Shown piece after piece: positions 40,406 to 55,276 of a DNA stretch of 64,000 bases. The notes beneath the pieces are model-generated. The model saw nothing but the letters and a program-made list of their open reading frames with translations. It did not search any database and was not told where the DNA came from. The position numbers and the translations under genes are program-made. Every line of letters begins with the position of its first letter. The first letter of the stretch is position 1. Origin of the DNA: Octopus vulgaris (Eukaryota); NCBI GenBank assembly GCA_951406725.2, contig OX597821.1, positions 86,056,001 through 86,120,000 of the forward strand, written 5' to 3'.

Positions 40406-40951
40406 TGTATGTATGTATGTATGTATGTATGTATGTATGTATGTATGTATAATAACAAAATAATAAATAAAACATATGCATATATACATACATATATGTA
40501 CGTACCTGCATCTATATGTATATATACATGCATATATGGGTACGGGACACCAAAAAAAAAACACGTCGAACACAATGAGAAACGAAAACATAAACACAAA
40601 ACCATGGAAACGGGTATTTTTTAAAACAGAGTACAAGACATAGCCGGGCTTCTTTCAGTTTCCGACTAGCAAATTCAGGTACACGGTTTGTCTAAGGTGC
40701 CACGCAGTGAGACTGAACCCAAACTTCTTACCACACAGCTACTCTTGCGCCTACCTATATATGGGTCGAACTTAGTAATGCCAGCCTAAAGGAAAGTGTA
40801 ATGAATACTATCCCCTAAAGCTTTTGCCCTTGGGTAGCCATATGGACTCCGGTTAAGAACCACTGATTTAGATAAACAGATAAACTATGACCTAAGTTGA
40901 TAGGAAACCTACTGACTTGATGTTATTTCTGACCGATCATAATGTTAAATA

Positions 40952-41333
40952 GGAGGCGCAATGGCCCAGTGGTTAGGGCAGCGGACTCGCGGTCATAAGA
41001 TCGCGGTTTCGATTCCTAAACCGGGCGTTGTGAGTGTTTATTGAGCGAAAACACCTAAAGCTCCACGAGGCTCCGGCAGGGGATGGTGGTGATCCCTGCT
41101 GTACTCTTTCACCACAACTTTCTCTCACTCTTACTTCCTGTTTCTGTTGTACCTGTATTTCAAAGGGCCGGCCTTGTCACTCTCTGTGTCACGCTGAATA
41201 TCCCCGAGAACTACGTTAAGGGTACGCGTGTCTGTGGAGTGCTCAGCCACTTACACGTTAATTTCACGAGCAGGCTGTTCCGTTGATTCGGATCAACCGG
41301 AACCCTCGTCGTCGTAACCGACGGAGTGCTTCC
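40952..41333 (+). mobile_element. tRNA-Arg-derived SINE
   Basis: Same family; 11-bp TSD AATGTTAAATA. Confidence 0.88.
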
Positions 41334-41807
41334 AATGTTAAATAATACCGGGCACTAACTGAAGCCCCTCTCTTTTGGACATTGAATGTTCTAGTGTAAT
41401 TGACTTGTGGTTACCATTTGCCAACAAATAGGAGAAACAGTGATCGGTTGTCATGAGAAAACAAAACCAAAATAGGTCAGCTCTCTCTCCCAAACTTATC
41501 GACGGACTCAGGAAATATGTCATTAAGTGCAAAATAAAAACTAAATTCTCAAACCACCAGATGCGACTTTGTTCCTTTCTGGCTCTAGAATTCATAAACT
41601 AGAAAGATAATAAATACTTGCACATATGCACATACATAATACATGTATACATGCATGCACACAGGCATACACATATACCTACCTACCTACCTACCTACCT
41701 ACCTACCTACCTACCTACCTACCTACCTAACTACCTACCTACCTACCTACATACCTACCTACCTACATACCTACCTACATACATACATACATACATACAT
41801 ACATACA

Positions 41808-41841
<34 letters not shown>

Positions 41842-41909
41842 CATATTTATATATATATATTTCATAGATTTAGCTAGTATATATATATAATTTTTCACAG
41901 GTCTAGCCA

Positions 41910-41956
<47 letters not shown>

Positions 41957-42700
41957 AATGTAAAAAAATACAAACTGGGACAAGAACGTGAAACATTTAG
42001 AAGACGATACAAAAAACACGAACGGAACATTCGAAGTCTTCAATCTTCAGTCAAGAACCGGATCATCTTCGCAATTTCGGCTGACTGGCTAGACCTGTGA
42101 AAAATTCATGGGAAACAAAAAATGTAAGCATCTGTAAATAGTGTACTGGTGCCATCATGAGAAATGTTTGCATATTATGACCATCTGTCTTTACGTTCTG
42201 AGTTCAAATTCTTCCGAGGTCGACTTTACCTTTCGTCCTTACGGGGTCGATAAATTAAGTACCAGTTGTGTACTGGAGTCGATCTAATCAACTGCCCTCC
42301 ACCGCCTCTTCACAAAAATTTCAGGCCTAGAAAAGTATATTGTGACAGTTACAGAATATAGAAAGTAATGTAATACCAATGACTACGTTATCCAACCAAA
42401 ATATGTTACACAAACGTAAACGGAATTACAATTTAACCTTAGAATACATCGTACATATTCAAAGCAGCTTCTTGGTTTAGTGGTACGGAACGGTTTTCTG
42501 GTGTTCTTTTATTCTTTTAGTTATTTCAGTCATTTGACGGTGGCCATGCTGGAGCACCACCATTTAGTCGATGTTATTGACACCTTGACTTATTCCTTGT
42601 AAGCCTGATGCTTATTCTATCAGTGTCTTCTGCTGAACAGTTAAATTCCAAGGACGTAAATACAACAACATCGGTTGTCAAGCAATGCTAGTGGTGGGAT

Positions 42701-42759
<59 letters not shown>

Positions 42760-42783
42760 TACATACATACATACATACATACA

Positions 42784-42814
<31 letters not shown>

Positions 42815-43481
42815 GACGGGCTTGAGGTAGTGGTGATGATGGTTGGTGCGATTTTGTGGTTTGCTGGTATGCCGAGTGAGATCCAGCGGGCCCCTAACTG
42901 GTTCCCTGATCTTAAAGGTGTAATATGGATGTATAATGATGAAGCGGCTGGTGTGCTGGTGATGCTAGCTGGTGCGGTGGTCTTCCTCACAGTATTTCAT
43001 GGTTAACAATATTTTGTGTGCATGTCACACCCCGTTTTTGGCCTTGTCTTTTATCCCAATTGAATGTCATAACTCTTACTTTGATATTGTTCATAGCTCG
43101 CACTCTTGAAAATGCTGACATATAATTTAGCCATGAGAAAATACCGGTTGAGGCAAATGTATTCCAACTTTTCCAAATGTTTGCCCTTGAGCCTTATTAA
43201 TTGTCATTGAATATGCGAGTCAAAGTGGAAACTGAAGTCTGTTTAGTGTGAATGGAATATTTGCATCACTTGTTTAATTGTGGGAATTTTTTTTTCCATT
43301 TCTTCTGGCGTGCAGTTGTTGAAAATTTCTGGGTAAAAATGTACTAATTGAAATGCAAAACAACGAAATAATAAATGGATTTATGAATGAAAGTTTGATA
43401 ATTGCGTTTATTTCCACTACGCGACACTTATTATTGCAAACATGTTTTAACTAACCTATTCTATACACACACGCAAATACA

Positions 43482-43530
<49 letters not shown>

Positions 43531-44182
43531 TCATCATCATCATCATCATATACGAGTTGTCGTTGTGGAGTACTCAGCCATTTGTGTGTTAATTTTATTC
43601 TCGTATGATAATGAAAAGTGAAACTGACAGCCAATATTTGCAGTATATATGTATCTACTTCTCTTGCGATGTGATAAACATTTAAAAACACAAAACGAAC
43701 GCCGTCACCACTCACTGTCTGTTTCACACACTCTCACTTTCTTTCTCTTTTACTTCTCTGAACCATTTAAAAGCACAAAACGAACGCCGTCACCACTGAT
43801 GTCTCTTTCACTCTCTCACTTTCTCTCACTCTCTCTTTCTCTCACACTCTCTCTTTCTCTCTCACACTTTCTCTTTCTGTCTTACTCCCTCTCTCTCCTC
43901 CTCTCTCTCGCTTTTCCACTTCAAAGAAGTGTGACGCACACAACCGGTACGAACAAAAACAAAACGTTAGCGTATTAATATTATTGATAATAGCCTTCGC
44001 GTAAACCACTGGTTCGTTTTGTTCTCTTACTTTATTATCATCTTATAATCATCTCATACAAATGACCTTTATGACTCGTATTACTACCTCAGTCAATCTA
44101 AATGTATATATTTGTCGCTACCTGTCATAAATAGCCTTTTTCTATTTGCAATATGCATTTTCGTTGATTTTTCATATTTTAC

Positions 44183-44239
<57 letters not shown>

Positions 44240-44574
44240 TACGAAGTAAATAATTCAGGAGAGAATATTTGCGAAGATACTATTAGCTCTGTTATTATCT
44301 AGTGTAACAATTAAAAATGATAATAACAGAATCATTAATATAAGCGATTGCAGGTCAAAAAAGCATTAAATAGCTGAAGGGTTAAAATTAATCAACGGAC
44401 ATACTAAGTATGTCTACCTGCAGGAAATAACAGTCAAAACTCTTAACTAAATCGCCAAAAAGACAATGATAATGACTACAGAAATCAGCCGTCTGCGGGC
44501 AAACGGGCTAAGACAATCTCTCAACATACATTCAAGTATTTGGACTCACGTGGACCGTTTTCTGGTCCACGTGA

Positions 44575-44831
44575 GCCTTATCTTCCGCAGCACGCATTAC
44601 CTTACCTTTATAGCATTAAAGCCTTACCTTCCCCAGCATGCATTACCTTACCTTTATAGCATTAAAGCCTTACCTTCCCCAGCATGCATTACCTTACCTT
44701 TATAGCATTAAAGCCTTACCTTCCTCAGCACGCATTACCTTAGCTTTATAGCATTATAGCCTTACCTTCCTCAGCACGCATTACCTTACCTTTATAGCAT
44801 TATAGCCTTACCTTCCTCAGCACGCATTACC
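44575..44831. repeat. 46-bp minisatellite, ~5.6 copies
   Basis: Unit GCCTTACCTTCCYCAGCAYGCATTACCTTACCTTTATAGCATTAWA starting at 44575, 44621, 44667, 44713, 44759, 44805. Confidence 0.92.
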
Positions 44832-44989
44832 ATGATGGAAAGGACCCCAATCCGTCACATTTAAGTCTGCGCTGCAACTAATTCGTTTTGCACCGAGTCA
44901 TGGCAGCCACCAGTGTGAAAATAATTTCAATACGGCGCAAATAATTCAAATGAATAATATAGGCCGGCAATCGCCTATATTATTGATTA

Positions 44990-45385
44990 CTCTCTCTTTA
45001 CTCTTTTACTTGTTTCAGTCATTTGACAGAGGCCATGCTGGAGCACCGCCTTTAGTCGAGCAAGTCGACCCCGGAACTTATTCTTTGTAAGCCCAGTACT
45101 TATTTTATCGGTCTCTTTTTGCCGAACCGCTAATTGACGGGGACGTAAACACACCAGCATCGGTTGTCAAACAATGCTAGGGGGACAAACACAGACACAC
45201 ACACACACATATATATATACATATATACGACAGGCTTCTTTCAGTTTCCGTCTACCAAATCCACTCACAAGGCATTGGTCGGCCCGGGGCTATAGCAGAA
45301 GACACTTGCCCAAGATGCCACGCAGTGGGACTGAACCCGGAACCATGTGGTTGGTTAGCAAGCTACTTACCACACAGCCACTCCT
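44990..45385 (-). mobile_element. Copy of the 20990 SINE family
   Basis: Reverse-complement match. Confidence 0.85.
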
Positions 45386-45938
45386 ATCATTAAAAAGGCC
45401 ACATTAAGGCTGAATGCCCTCCACCCAGTGTAAAGGAACCAAAAGAAAAAAGTCGCACCTCTAACTCTAGCGAAGTCATCTACAAGCGAGGAGGAGCCTG
45501 GGAAGGAAGAAGAGTAGGAATGGACACAAGGGGAAAAACTAAAAAAAAGGTCTGAGGAAAAAAATGTACATCCCCACTCTACTCCCACCTCACTGCCACC
45601 CGATTCCATGCTGTAGTCACCAACCATACTGTCCCTCCTAACACAGACAATAACACAAACAAACAGGTGCCCCAAACTCCCCAGTCCCATCCTCCCAAAA
45701 AGTGTTTTGGTTTAATGGAAAACTCTGGGATGGAAACATTGGACATAGGCGTGACAGCAGACGCAAGTAAGTTGCCACCGAAGTTAAACTATCTTAATTA
45801 TAAGTTTGTAAAAAAAACAAAAGTAAAAAACGTGTAAATGAAGTTCCTCGGATGTGGGGTCGAGTGGCTTCCTTCCATTTCATTATTCCTTTTTTCATTT
45901 TTCCATTCGTTTGTCGTTTTTTGTCCCCACTTATATGA

Positions 45939-46820
45939 TTTCGCAGTGAAGACCTGAGCCTTGAAGATCGTGAGTGTAGTGGACGTCCATCTGTCATCGT
46001 TTACGGTCAATTAAAGACCATCATTGAGAAAGATCCACGTAAAACCGCCCGAGAACTAGCAAAAAAAATTTCAAGTTAGCCAGAAAATTGCCTGCAACCA
46101 TTTGCATGCGATCGGAAAATCAAAAAATCTCGATAAATGGGTACAACACAATTTGAATGAAAATCATAAAATGCGCAGATATGAAATTTGCTCGTCGCTT
46201 CTCCGTAACCAGACCGATCCATTTCTCGACCATATTATAACTTGCGATGAAAAGTAGATTATGTACAATAATAAAAAAAAATACCTTCTTCGCAGTGGTT
46301 GGAGCAAAATGAAGTCCCGAAAACCTTCCCTAAACCCGAGCTCTTCAAAAAAAGTTTATGGTGACTGGTGGTATACCTCTAGACTCATCCACTATAACTT
46401 CTTAAAACTCGGAAAAAAACCATTATTGCAGAAACATATTGCCATGAAATTGCCAAAATGAACGAAAAACAGCTACTCCACCGGCCCAGACTGGTCAGAA
46501 GAAGATGGCCAATCATTCTTTATGACAATGCTCGACCACACGTTTCACTAATGGCGCTCCAAAAGTTGAGGGAACTTGGCTACGAAGTTCTTCCCCACCC
46601 AGCTTATTCCTCAGACCTTTCTCTTACGGACTACCACTTATTCAAACACCTTGATGGTTTCTTGAGAGAGAAGGAGTTCAAAAATCAAACCAATGCTGAA
46701 AGTGCGTTCAAAGAGCTGATCAGCTCCAGAACGCCAGATTTTTATGTTACCGGAATAAACTAACTTGTAACTCGTTGGCAAAAATGTGTTGATTGTAATG
46801 GTACTTACTTTGATGAATAA
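45939..46820 (+). pseudogene. Mariner (DD34D) transposase pseudogene
   Basis: FRSEDLSLEDRECSGRPS..IEKDPRKTARELA..KWVQHNL..IITCDEK*IMYNN..ILYDNARPHV..VLPHPAYSSDLSLTDYHLFKHL..RWQKCVDCNGTYFDE*. Contains stops and frameshifts; decayed TIR-like sequence at ~46865-46900. Confidence 0.93.
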
Positions 46821-46906
46821 CATTTCCGCATTGTTGAGATATCTTGTGATGAATTTCATGTTTTTAAACGTTACTTACTTTTTACTTATTTATTTAGTCT
46901 AATATA

Positions 46907-46942
<36 letters not shown>

Positions 46943-46955
46943 CTATATATATCTA

Positions 46956-47094
<139 letters not shown>

Positions 47095-48133
47095 GTATCT
47101 ATGTTTCTGTACGGGCACACTCACAGAGGCATCACGATGTCCGCGTGTGTCTGCGTATGATTGAAAAAATGCAAGAATAAAACCAAAGTAAAGCAAGCAG
47201 TAGAATCGAACCTAAAACACCAGGTTAAATCTAAGTTTTCTTATGCAGTCACAAAGCGTTCACATCCATAAAAGGAGACAGAGAAAAATAAGCCCAGTAA
47301 GATTCGAAATCAGCTAAAGGATAGATGAAACGCCCATAGGGTTGGCAGAATCGTTAAGCGCGTCGGACAAAATGCTTAGCGTAATTTCGTCTGTCCTGAT
47401 GTTCGGATCTCAAATACCGTCAAGGTCGATTTTGCCTTTCATCATTTCGAGGTCGATAAATTAAGTAGCAGTGAAACACTGGTGTCGATGTAATCGACTA
47501 CTCCCCTCCCCACAAAGTTCAGGCCTTGTACCTTTTTGTAGAAAGGATTATTATTATTATTAATACTAAGACGGTGAGCTGGCAGAATCGTTAGCATGTC
47601 GGGCAAAATGCTTAGCGTCAGTTCGTCTGTTTTTACGTTGAGTTCAAATACCGCCGATATCGACTTTGCCTTCCATCCTTTCGGAGTCGATAAAGTAAGT
47701 ACCAGTTACGCATTGGGGACGGTATAATTGACTTATACGAATTTCCTGAAACTACTGGCCTTGCTCCAAAATTGGAAACTGGTATGAAACACCTATGTTA
47801 ATAACATAAAACTTTTCTAGTTGTTTGAATTTCTATTAATTGTGACTCATAAAATACGAAGTAGAAGAAAAAAGCAGAAGCAAAAATAGTGTTTCTTAAT
47901 ATCCTATTTCAGTCAATAAACATTTAATTCGCTGAATGTGTAACTAACTGTAAGGTTTATGACATCGTAAGAAGGTGGCGCTCCAGTAGCTCTGTTCCAT
48001 CATTTATCAGCTGTTAATGCTTCTTGGTTTTTATGGTTTCAGAACAGCGTTAGTCACGTTTCGATAACTCGTGAAAGACCAGAGGTGAAAAATGTTTGTT
48101 CGTGTGCGTATGTACGTTTATTTGTGTTTGTGT

Positions 48134-48196
<63 letters not shown>

Positions 48197-48279
48197 AGAT
48201 GGTGTTCGTTTACTTGAGCGAGTGTCTTGATGTCTATGTAAGTCTGTAGCTTTACGTTGCTATGTGTCATACTTGTATG

Positions 48280-48354
<75 letters not shown>

Positions 48355-48654
48355 GTCTGTCTGTCTATCTGTATGTCTGTCTGTCTATATATACATAACA
48401 TAACACACATATATGTGTTATATAACATAAACACACATATACACGCACACACGCACACGCGCGCGAGCACACACACACACGCACACAAATATATATACAT
48501 GTGCGTGTATGTATGTGTGTTTGTTTATATATATATATATATATGTATGTGTATATATATATATATATGAGCATGTATTTCCGTTTATATGTTTGTATTT
48601 CTTACTCTTTTCTCTCTCTCCTTCCCCTCATTCTCCCCCCTCTCTCTCTATATA

Positions 48655-48687
<33 letters not shown>

Positions 48688-49065
48688 TTGGATTTATATA
48701 TACACATACATTTTTGCACACACACCTAACACACACACATACACCACACCACACCACACCATATCATACCACACCGCATCACACATATTCATGTGTGGTT
48801 GTATACGTCTATGAAGGTGTGTGTGTCTGTGTGATGTGTGTGTTTGTGTGTGTGTGTGATGTGCGTGTTTGCTTGAGCGTAGGTGTCTTACTACGTGCGT
48901 TCATCATGTGGTGAATTCATTTCGATTTTGTCAATTAAATACGGGTAAATTGTACTAAATGCGAGAGAGAAGAGTTTCCTCCCCAGTTCCCTTACAAACT
49001 CCCAGACATCTGATATAAACGGCAGGGAGCTAAATGGGTTATTCTCATTTCCTGACAGCTTTATA

Positions 49066-49121
<56 letters not shown>

Positions 49122-49808
49122 CACACACTAGCACACACATACACACACACATACACACACACACACGCAGACACACACACACAAACCACACAGACACACA
49201 CACACACATACACACACACACACACACACACATGCACACACACACACACATACACACACACACACACATGCATGCACATGCACACACACACACTGCCTGT
49301 ATGTCTGTATGTCTGCCTGCCTTTCTGTCTTTCTTTCTCAAACACAGGGGCACACACATACGTGTACATTTACCCATATACACACACATATGTTTATACC
49401 TTTCTCTCTCTCTCTCTCTCTCCACACACACACACATGCACTCACACACATATGCATACTTACATACATACATGCATACATACAGAAAGACATACAAAAA
49501 GACATACATACAAGAATACTTACATGCATACATACAAGTTTGCTGCTTGGATGCTGCACTTCGAACTACATCTGAATATAAATGTTTCACGTGGAGAGAT
49601 TATGTGCCGTTTCCTGTTTGGGTGTTTCCTCGTGACCCTTATTTTCTAACAGTCCCCCTTTCCCAATGATCTGAAAGTCATCGGGTATCTTAAGTTTGAT
49701 TTTCTGCATTCTTGTAGGTTGTGGTACTTCTTAAACCTCTGCATATTATTTTTCTGGTATCTTTACTTTTAGTTTTATATTAAGTTTTTATTCTTATTTT
49801 TATTCGTA

Positions 49809-50274
49809 CCGTAAATCCTCGAGTATAGTCCGCCCTTGTGTATAATACGCAGGGGATTTTTAGGGGGTTCTACCTCTAAAAAACCTAAACCTAGTGTATG
49901 ATACGCACCCCTTCTCTAATTTGAGTCAAGGAGGTCTATATAACGTCCTTGGTTTGTTAAAACTGTATACGGTAACGTCTTTTCTTATTATTGTATATAT
50001 AACATAATGCAAACGTGTAGCATTTTTGTGCATTTTGTTTGCAGAAAATAAAGAAATAACAGTAATAACATTTAATGAATGTTGCTAACTGCAAGTTATG
50101 GATGATTTAAGGTATTTTCGCGCCCAAGACCACAAAATGCGTCTGAATAAACATTGCCGGTCAGACATTGCTTGGAAAATAATTTTCATTTTTAACCTCG
50201 TTTATAGTACGCACTAGGAATTTTGACCATTAAATTTTGGGAAAAAAATGCGGATTATACTTGAGGATTTACGG
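49809..50274. mobile_element. Tc1/mariner-superfamily (Tc2/pogo-like) MITE
   Basis: TIRs CCGTAAATCCTCGAGTATAGTCCGC / GCGGATTATACTTGAGGATTTACGG, flanked by TA. Confidence 0.82.
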
Positions 50275-50569
50275 TATTTTTATTCCTATAACAGACCTAT
50301 AATAGTTATTGGTATATGCCTCTTGCTCTTCCAAAGGGTTCTTTTTTCTCTTTTTCTTGTTTTTGTCTGTTGCGATAAAGTTGACTTCATTTTGTTCGAA
50401 TCCTTCACTTCAACTGTTCTCTTCAGAGGCAGAGTTGGGAACAAATGTGACCCTATCGTCCCTTTCAGCCTCTCATTTACTCAGGTCGCCAACTTGATCC
50501 TTCTCGATCTCTACTAGCAGAATCTTCTTCATTTGTTTCTTTCCCCGTGCTCTTATCTTCTTCATTTTT

Positions 50570-50790
50570 TTGTTGTTGGCATCCTTTTTGTCTCGGGAGA
50601 CAATGGAGTTGCGCATAAAGTAGTCTAGTCCGGCTTTTATATTTCATGTCCTGATACATTTCCTGCTGTGGATGTGTAAGCCTATCCTGGACAAACACTC
50701 CCTCTGGCAGGTACCGCAAATGTAGCGAAGACTGTTCCTGGCTGGTTGTAATGCCATAGTTTCTTGTTGACGTCTTTTCTTGTCTTTCCA
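50570..50790 (-). mobile_element. RTE-type LINE 3' end with C-terminal zinc-finger motif
   Basis: Reverse complement reads YICGTCQRECLSRIGLHIHSRKCIRT*, then the tail CCATTGTCTCCCGAGACAAAAAGGATGCC(AAC)n. Confidence 0.75.
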
Positions 50791-51351
50791 TTTCTCCCCT
50801 CTCTCTCTGTCACTCCTTTGTATTCCCTCTCCTACGGTACGTCGCCAGTCTTCATTTTTTTATAACCCTGAGTATCAAGTTTAGATTTGAATACACAGGA
50901 GCATAAGAACGTACAAATTCGTATCTCCTCTAAGTTTGAGTCAGTGATCTCTGGTCTCATCTTTAACTCACAAGAGCTTTCGCAGTAAGATTGTTGGGCG
51001 GATATTGCTCAGCCAGAATCCATGCCACGAGGAAAAAGTGACGTTTTCAACTGCCAGTTATATCTCATTTTCCAAATAATATTTACTTTAAGTTGCTCGT
51101 TCATAAATTTGGATTTGTCAGCTTCTTTCTCTTTATTACTGTTCGTGCGGAAATTTATATACTTTTATCAAGGATAGAGTATGTTTTTAATTTAATCGTA
51201 TCTTAGCGTGAAGAAAATACAGAGAAAAAGAAACAGCAAGAAAAAGACAGTACAAAGAGACCTTGATATATATATATATATATATTATATTAAATTAGAG
51301 ATAAAACCACTATTAGGCAAATCAAACAATGAAAAACATAAGCCAATACAT

Positions 51352-51406
<55 letters not shown>

Positions 51407-51407
51407 C

Positions 51408-51439
<32 letters not shown>

Positions 51440-51445
51440 ATATAC

Positions 51446-51493
<48 letters not shown>

Positions 51494-51971
51494 ATATAAA
51501 CACATGCACATCCATCCATCCATCCATCCATCCATCCATACATACATACATACATACATACATACACACATACATACACACGTACATACACACGTACATA
51601 CACACGTACATACACATATTTGAATGTGTGCGTGTGTTTATGTGTGATTTATTTCAATCTGTCTCACTAAAAGGAAAATAAAGAGAGAGAGAGAGAGAGA
51701 GTGACAGAGGGGGGAGGAGAAACAATACAAGACACGACACACAAGGAGTGACAGGTAGTTCTTAAGATCGTTGATGTTATTATAAAAGCATTATATCAAC
51801 GATACTTATTTGTTTTACTTCAGGAGTATTTTATTTATTTCCTTATGCTAAGCATTACATCAAATTTATTATTTCATAAGAAAATAAATTTATCCCTCCA
51901 TCTCTTAATTTCATTTCTCTCGTTGGAGGGAACAAGTATATTTATTACTATCTCTCCAAGAAGAGAAAGCG

Positions 51972-52060
<89 letters not shown>

Positions 52061-52464
52061 CAGATGGGGGGAGAGTGGAAGAGAGAGAGAGGGGGAGAAG
52101 GCAAGTGGGAGAAAGCGGAAGGGAGAAAACGAGATGGAGAAGGGAGAGAGATGAGAGAAAAAAAACCCCAGAGGAGAATGGTTATTTCGTTAAAGAACGA
52201 TTTTATTTTATTAATTTCATTGAGATCGTTTTTTTCCCTTCGCAGCGAAGCATATTTATTACCTTTAGTTTATCACCTCATATAAAAATACGAGGAACTA
52301 TAAGAAAGAAGTGATTTATTCATAAGAAAGCACATTAAGGTAATAATAAATCTATCTTACGAAAATAATAAAAAAAAAAAATGTATGCGAGAGAGAGCGA
52401 GAGAGCGAAGAGAGATTGAGAGAGGGCGAAAGTGAAAGTGAAAGTGAGAGAGTCAGTAAGTGAG

Positions 52465-52507
<43 letters not shown>

Positions 52508-52717
52508 GAGAAAGAGAGGTGTGGAGCGAGATACAGTATTACGTGAGAAACAATTAAACATGGAAAAGCAATATCGATTCAGGTATCCGTTGGCCTCTTC
52601 AGAAAGGAGATTTTAACAAACTATAAATAACAAAGAGAATACGTAGGAAGTAATAACAAAAAAACACGGAGGAATTATATGCAAGAATGTATGTATGTAT
52701 GTATGTATGTTTGTATG

Positions 52718-53102
52718 GTGGAGGCGCAATGGCCCAGTGGTTAGGGCAGCGGACTCGCGGTCGTAGGATCGCGGTTTCGATTCCCAGACCAGGCGTTGTG
52801 AGTGTTTATTGAGCGAAAACACCTAAAGCTCCACGAGGCTCCGGCAGGGATGGTGGTGATCCCTGCTGTACTCTTTCACCACAACTTTCTCTCACCCTTA
52901 CTTCCTGTTTCTATTGTACCTGTATTTCAAGGGGCCGGCCTTGTCACTCTCTGTGTCACGCTGAATATCCCCGAGAACTACGTTAAGGGTACACGTGTCT
53001 GTGGAGTGCTCAGCCACTTACACGTTAATTTCACGAGCAGGGTGTTCCGTTGATCGGATCAACCGGAACCCTCGTCGTCGTAACCGACGGAGTGCTTCCA
53101 CC
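52718..53102 (+). mobile_element. tRNA-Arg-derived SINE
   Basis: Same family; 11-bp TSD ATGTTTGTATG. Confidence 0.88.
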
Positions 53103-53557
53103 ATGTTTGTATGTATATGTTTGTATGTATGTACATTCATATATGTGTGAACGAACTTTAGGTTAGTTTCAAACATGTTTGTGACATATTTTAACTTCTG
53201 AAGGCAAAATCACTACAGTTTATCGTGGAGAAGAATTGTTGGTTATGATAAAAGAGTGGAGACTCTCTGCTGAGAGGGAGTTTTCACAGCTGCTTATCCT
53301 AAGCGAGAATTTTTTTCCCGCGGTAAACTGCGGTAAATTTGCCTTTAGAAAGTTAAGATATGTCACAAACATATTTGAATTGACATAAAGTTCCTTTATT
53401 TTTCATCACTGCTTAGTGATACTACTACTCCGTGCGTGTGCGTGTGTGCGTGCGTGCGTGCGTTCGTGCGTGCGCGTGTGTGTGTGTGTGTGTGTGTGTA
53501 CAGGGTGTTCACAAAATGCATACATACATTGAATGAAAGTCAGTGTTTATAAGAATA

Positions 53558-53956
53558 CTAGCAGTATCGCCCGGCGTTGCTCGGGTTTGTAAGGGAAATA
53601 ACTATATAAGCAGTTTTAGAGAGTTATAGCCAAGAAATAGCAAAAAAATGCATTAAAAATGGAAAAAAATTATGGTAAATTTTTTTTTAAATTGTTGACT
53701 CATCGTAGACATTTTTAGAGAGTTACTTCCCTTATATAATAGCGAAAAAAATGCATTGAAATGGAAAAAAAATTATGGTAAATTTTTTTTTAAATCGTAG
53801 ACTCATCGTAGACGCGCGCTAATACCCAGATGGGCTCGATATGAATCACGACTATAAGATACTCGGTTTTGGTTAAACTGCACCGCAAAATGTGGGAGTA
53901 GTTAGGAATCTAAATCGTAGGAGACAGACACACAACTTCACTTTTATATATAAAGA
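53558..53956 (-). mobile_element. Non-autonomous Helitron
   Basis: Plus strand CTAGCAGTATCGCCCGGCGTTGCTCGGGTTTGTAAG...tatataaagA; A|T insertion site; internal ~100-bp tandem duplication. Confidence 0.8.
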
Positions 53957-54731
53957 TTTAAATTTTCAAAATTTAAGACAAATAAAAATCTAGAGTTTAA
54001 TTTCTTATGAACGTTCGTTTTCAAACTCTTGACGGTTCCGGTTCACGATCTACTGATAACGCAAAGTAATGGAATTGCAAGTATCAAGATTACATTTCGT
54101 TCGGTATTTGAGCGCATTCTCGTTCAATGGCTGTCATCACTTTGTCGCCTGTTTCCGGTTTTGTACCTTAAATTTATCTTCGGTGGGTGCGGAGGGAATT
54201 CTACTGAACCTTATCGTCCAATCCACCTGGTTGGAGAAAAATCTAATCAGTGTAGGCCTTTAATTTCTTTGGCCCCTCTGGGAGATACTCCAGCTTTCTG
54301 GTAATAAAATTCTGCGTTTTCAAAGTCGTCTTGGATTCTTGGCATGACAGATTGTCACGGCAAGTTTCAAGAAAATGAGACCAGTCAACAAAAGAACAGT
54401 ACTGTCGAAAAAGAATCGTCCAATTAATCCTTACAATAAGTCACACCTTACAGTTACGCCTCGTTAGTTTACATAGGGTTTCCCCATAATATATATAGAT
54501 TTTTCAGGTCCATAGTGGGTGCAAGCGTGAGTCCTTGGCTCACTGGTATCATCATGCAGGAACAAAATCCGTAGCTACTGATATAGGAAAACAGAGATTG
54601 AAAAATTAAGGTAATAATACATTTATCTCACAAAAAAAAAAAAAAGAATATGAAAAAGAGAAAGAAGAGAGAGTGAATGAGTGAAAAAGAGAGAGAAAAT
54701 GGGTGTGAGAGCCAATGAGTGAGAGTGAGCA

Positions 54732-54783
<52 letters not shown>

Positions 54784-54825
54784 AATAAAATTTTGTTGTA
54801 TGCATCAGAAGCATTATTATATATG

Positions 54826-54936
<111 letters not shown>

Positions 54937-55276
54937 CTGAGTTTATTAACCCACCTCTTAACAACCGGTGTTGGTTCGTGTCCAATTTGAGATCTGGCTG
55001 TTTGGCAAAGAGGTGCACATCTAAAAAAATACCACATTTAAAAAGATAAGTACTCGGGGTGATTTATTCGACGAAAACCTTGAGGGCGGTGCCCCAGCAT
55101 GGCCGCAATCCAATGATTGAAACAAGAAAAAGATAAAAGAGGTAAAACTTTTTGTCAACTGATCAAGTAGACTGGAATTTTATTATACTTCACTGATGAG
55201 TTTAAGTAAGACCGAAACATGTCCGTAACTGTCACTTTGCTTTCTAACAAAAATCAGATTATTTCCTAAGCATATT

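Noticed and set aside
44575-44831. Regular repeats resembling a CRISPR array
   Set aside because: Head-to-tail units with no unique spacers, eukaryotic context, no cas genes.
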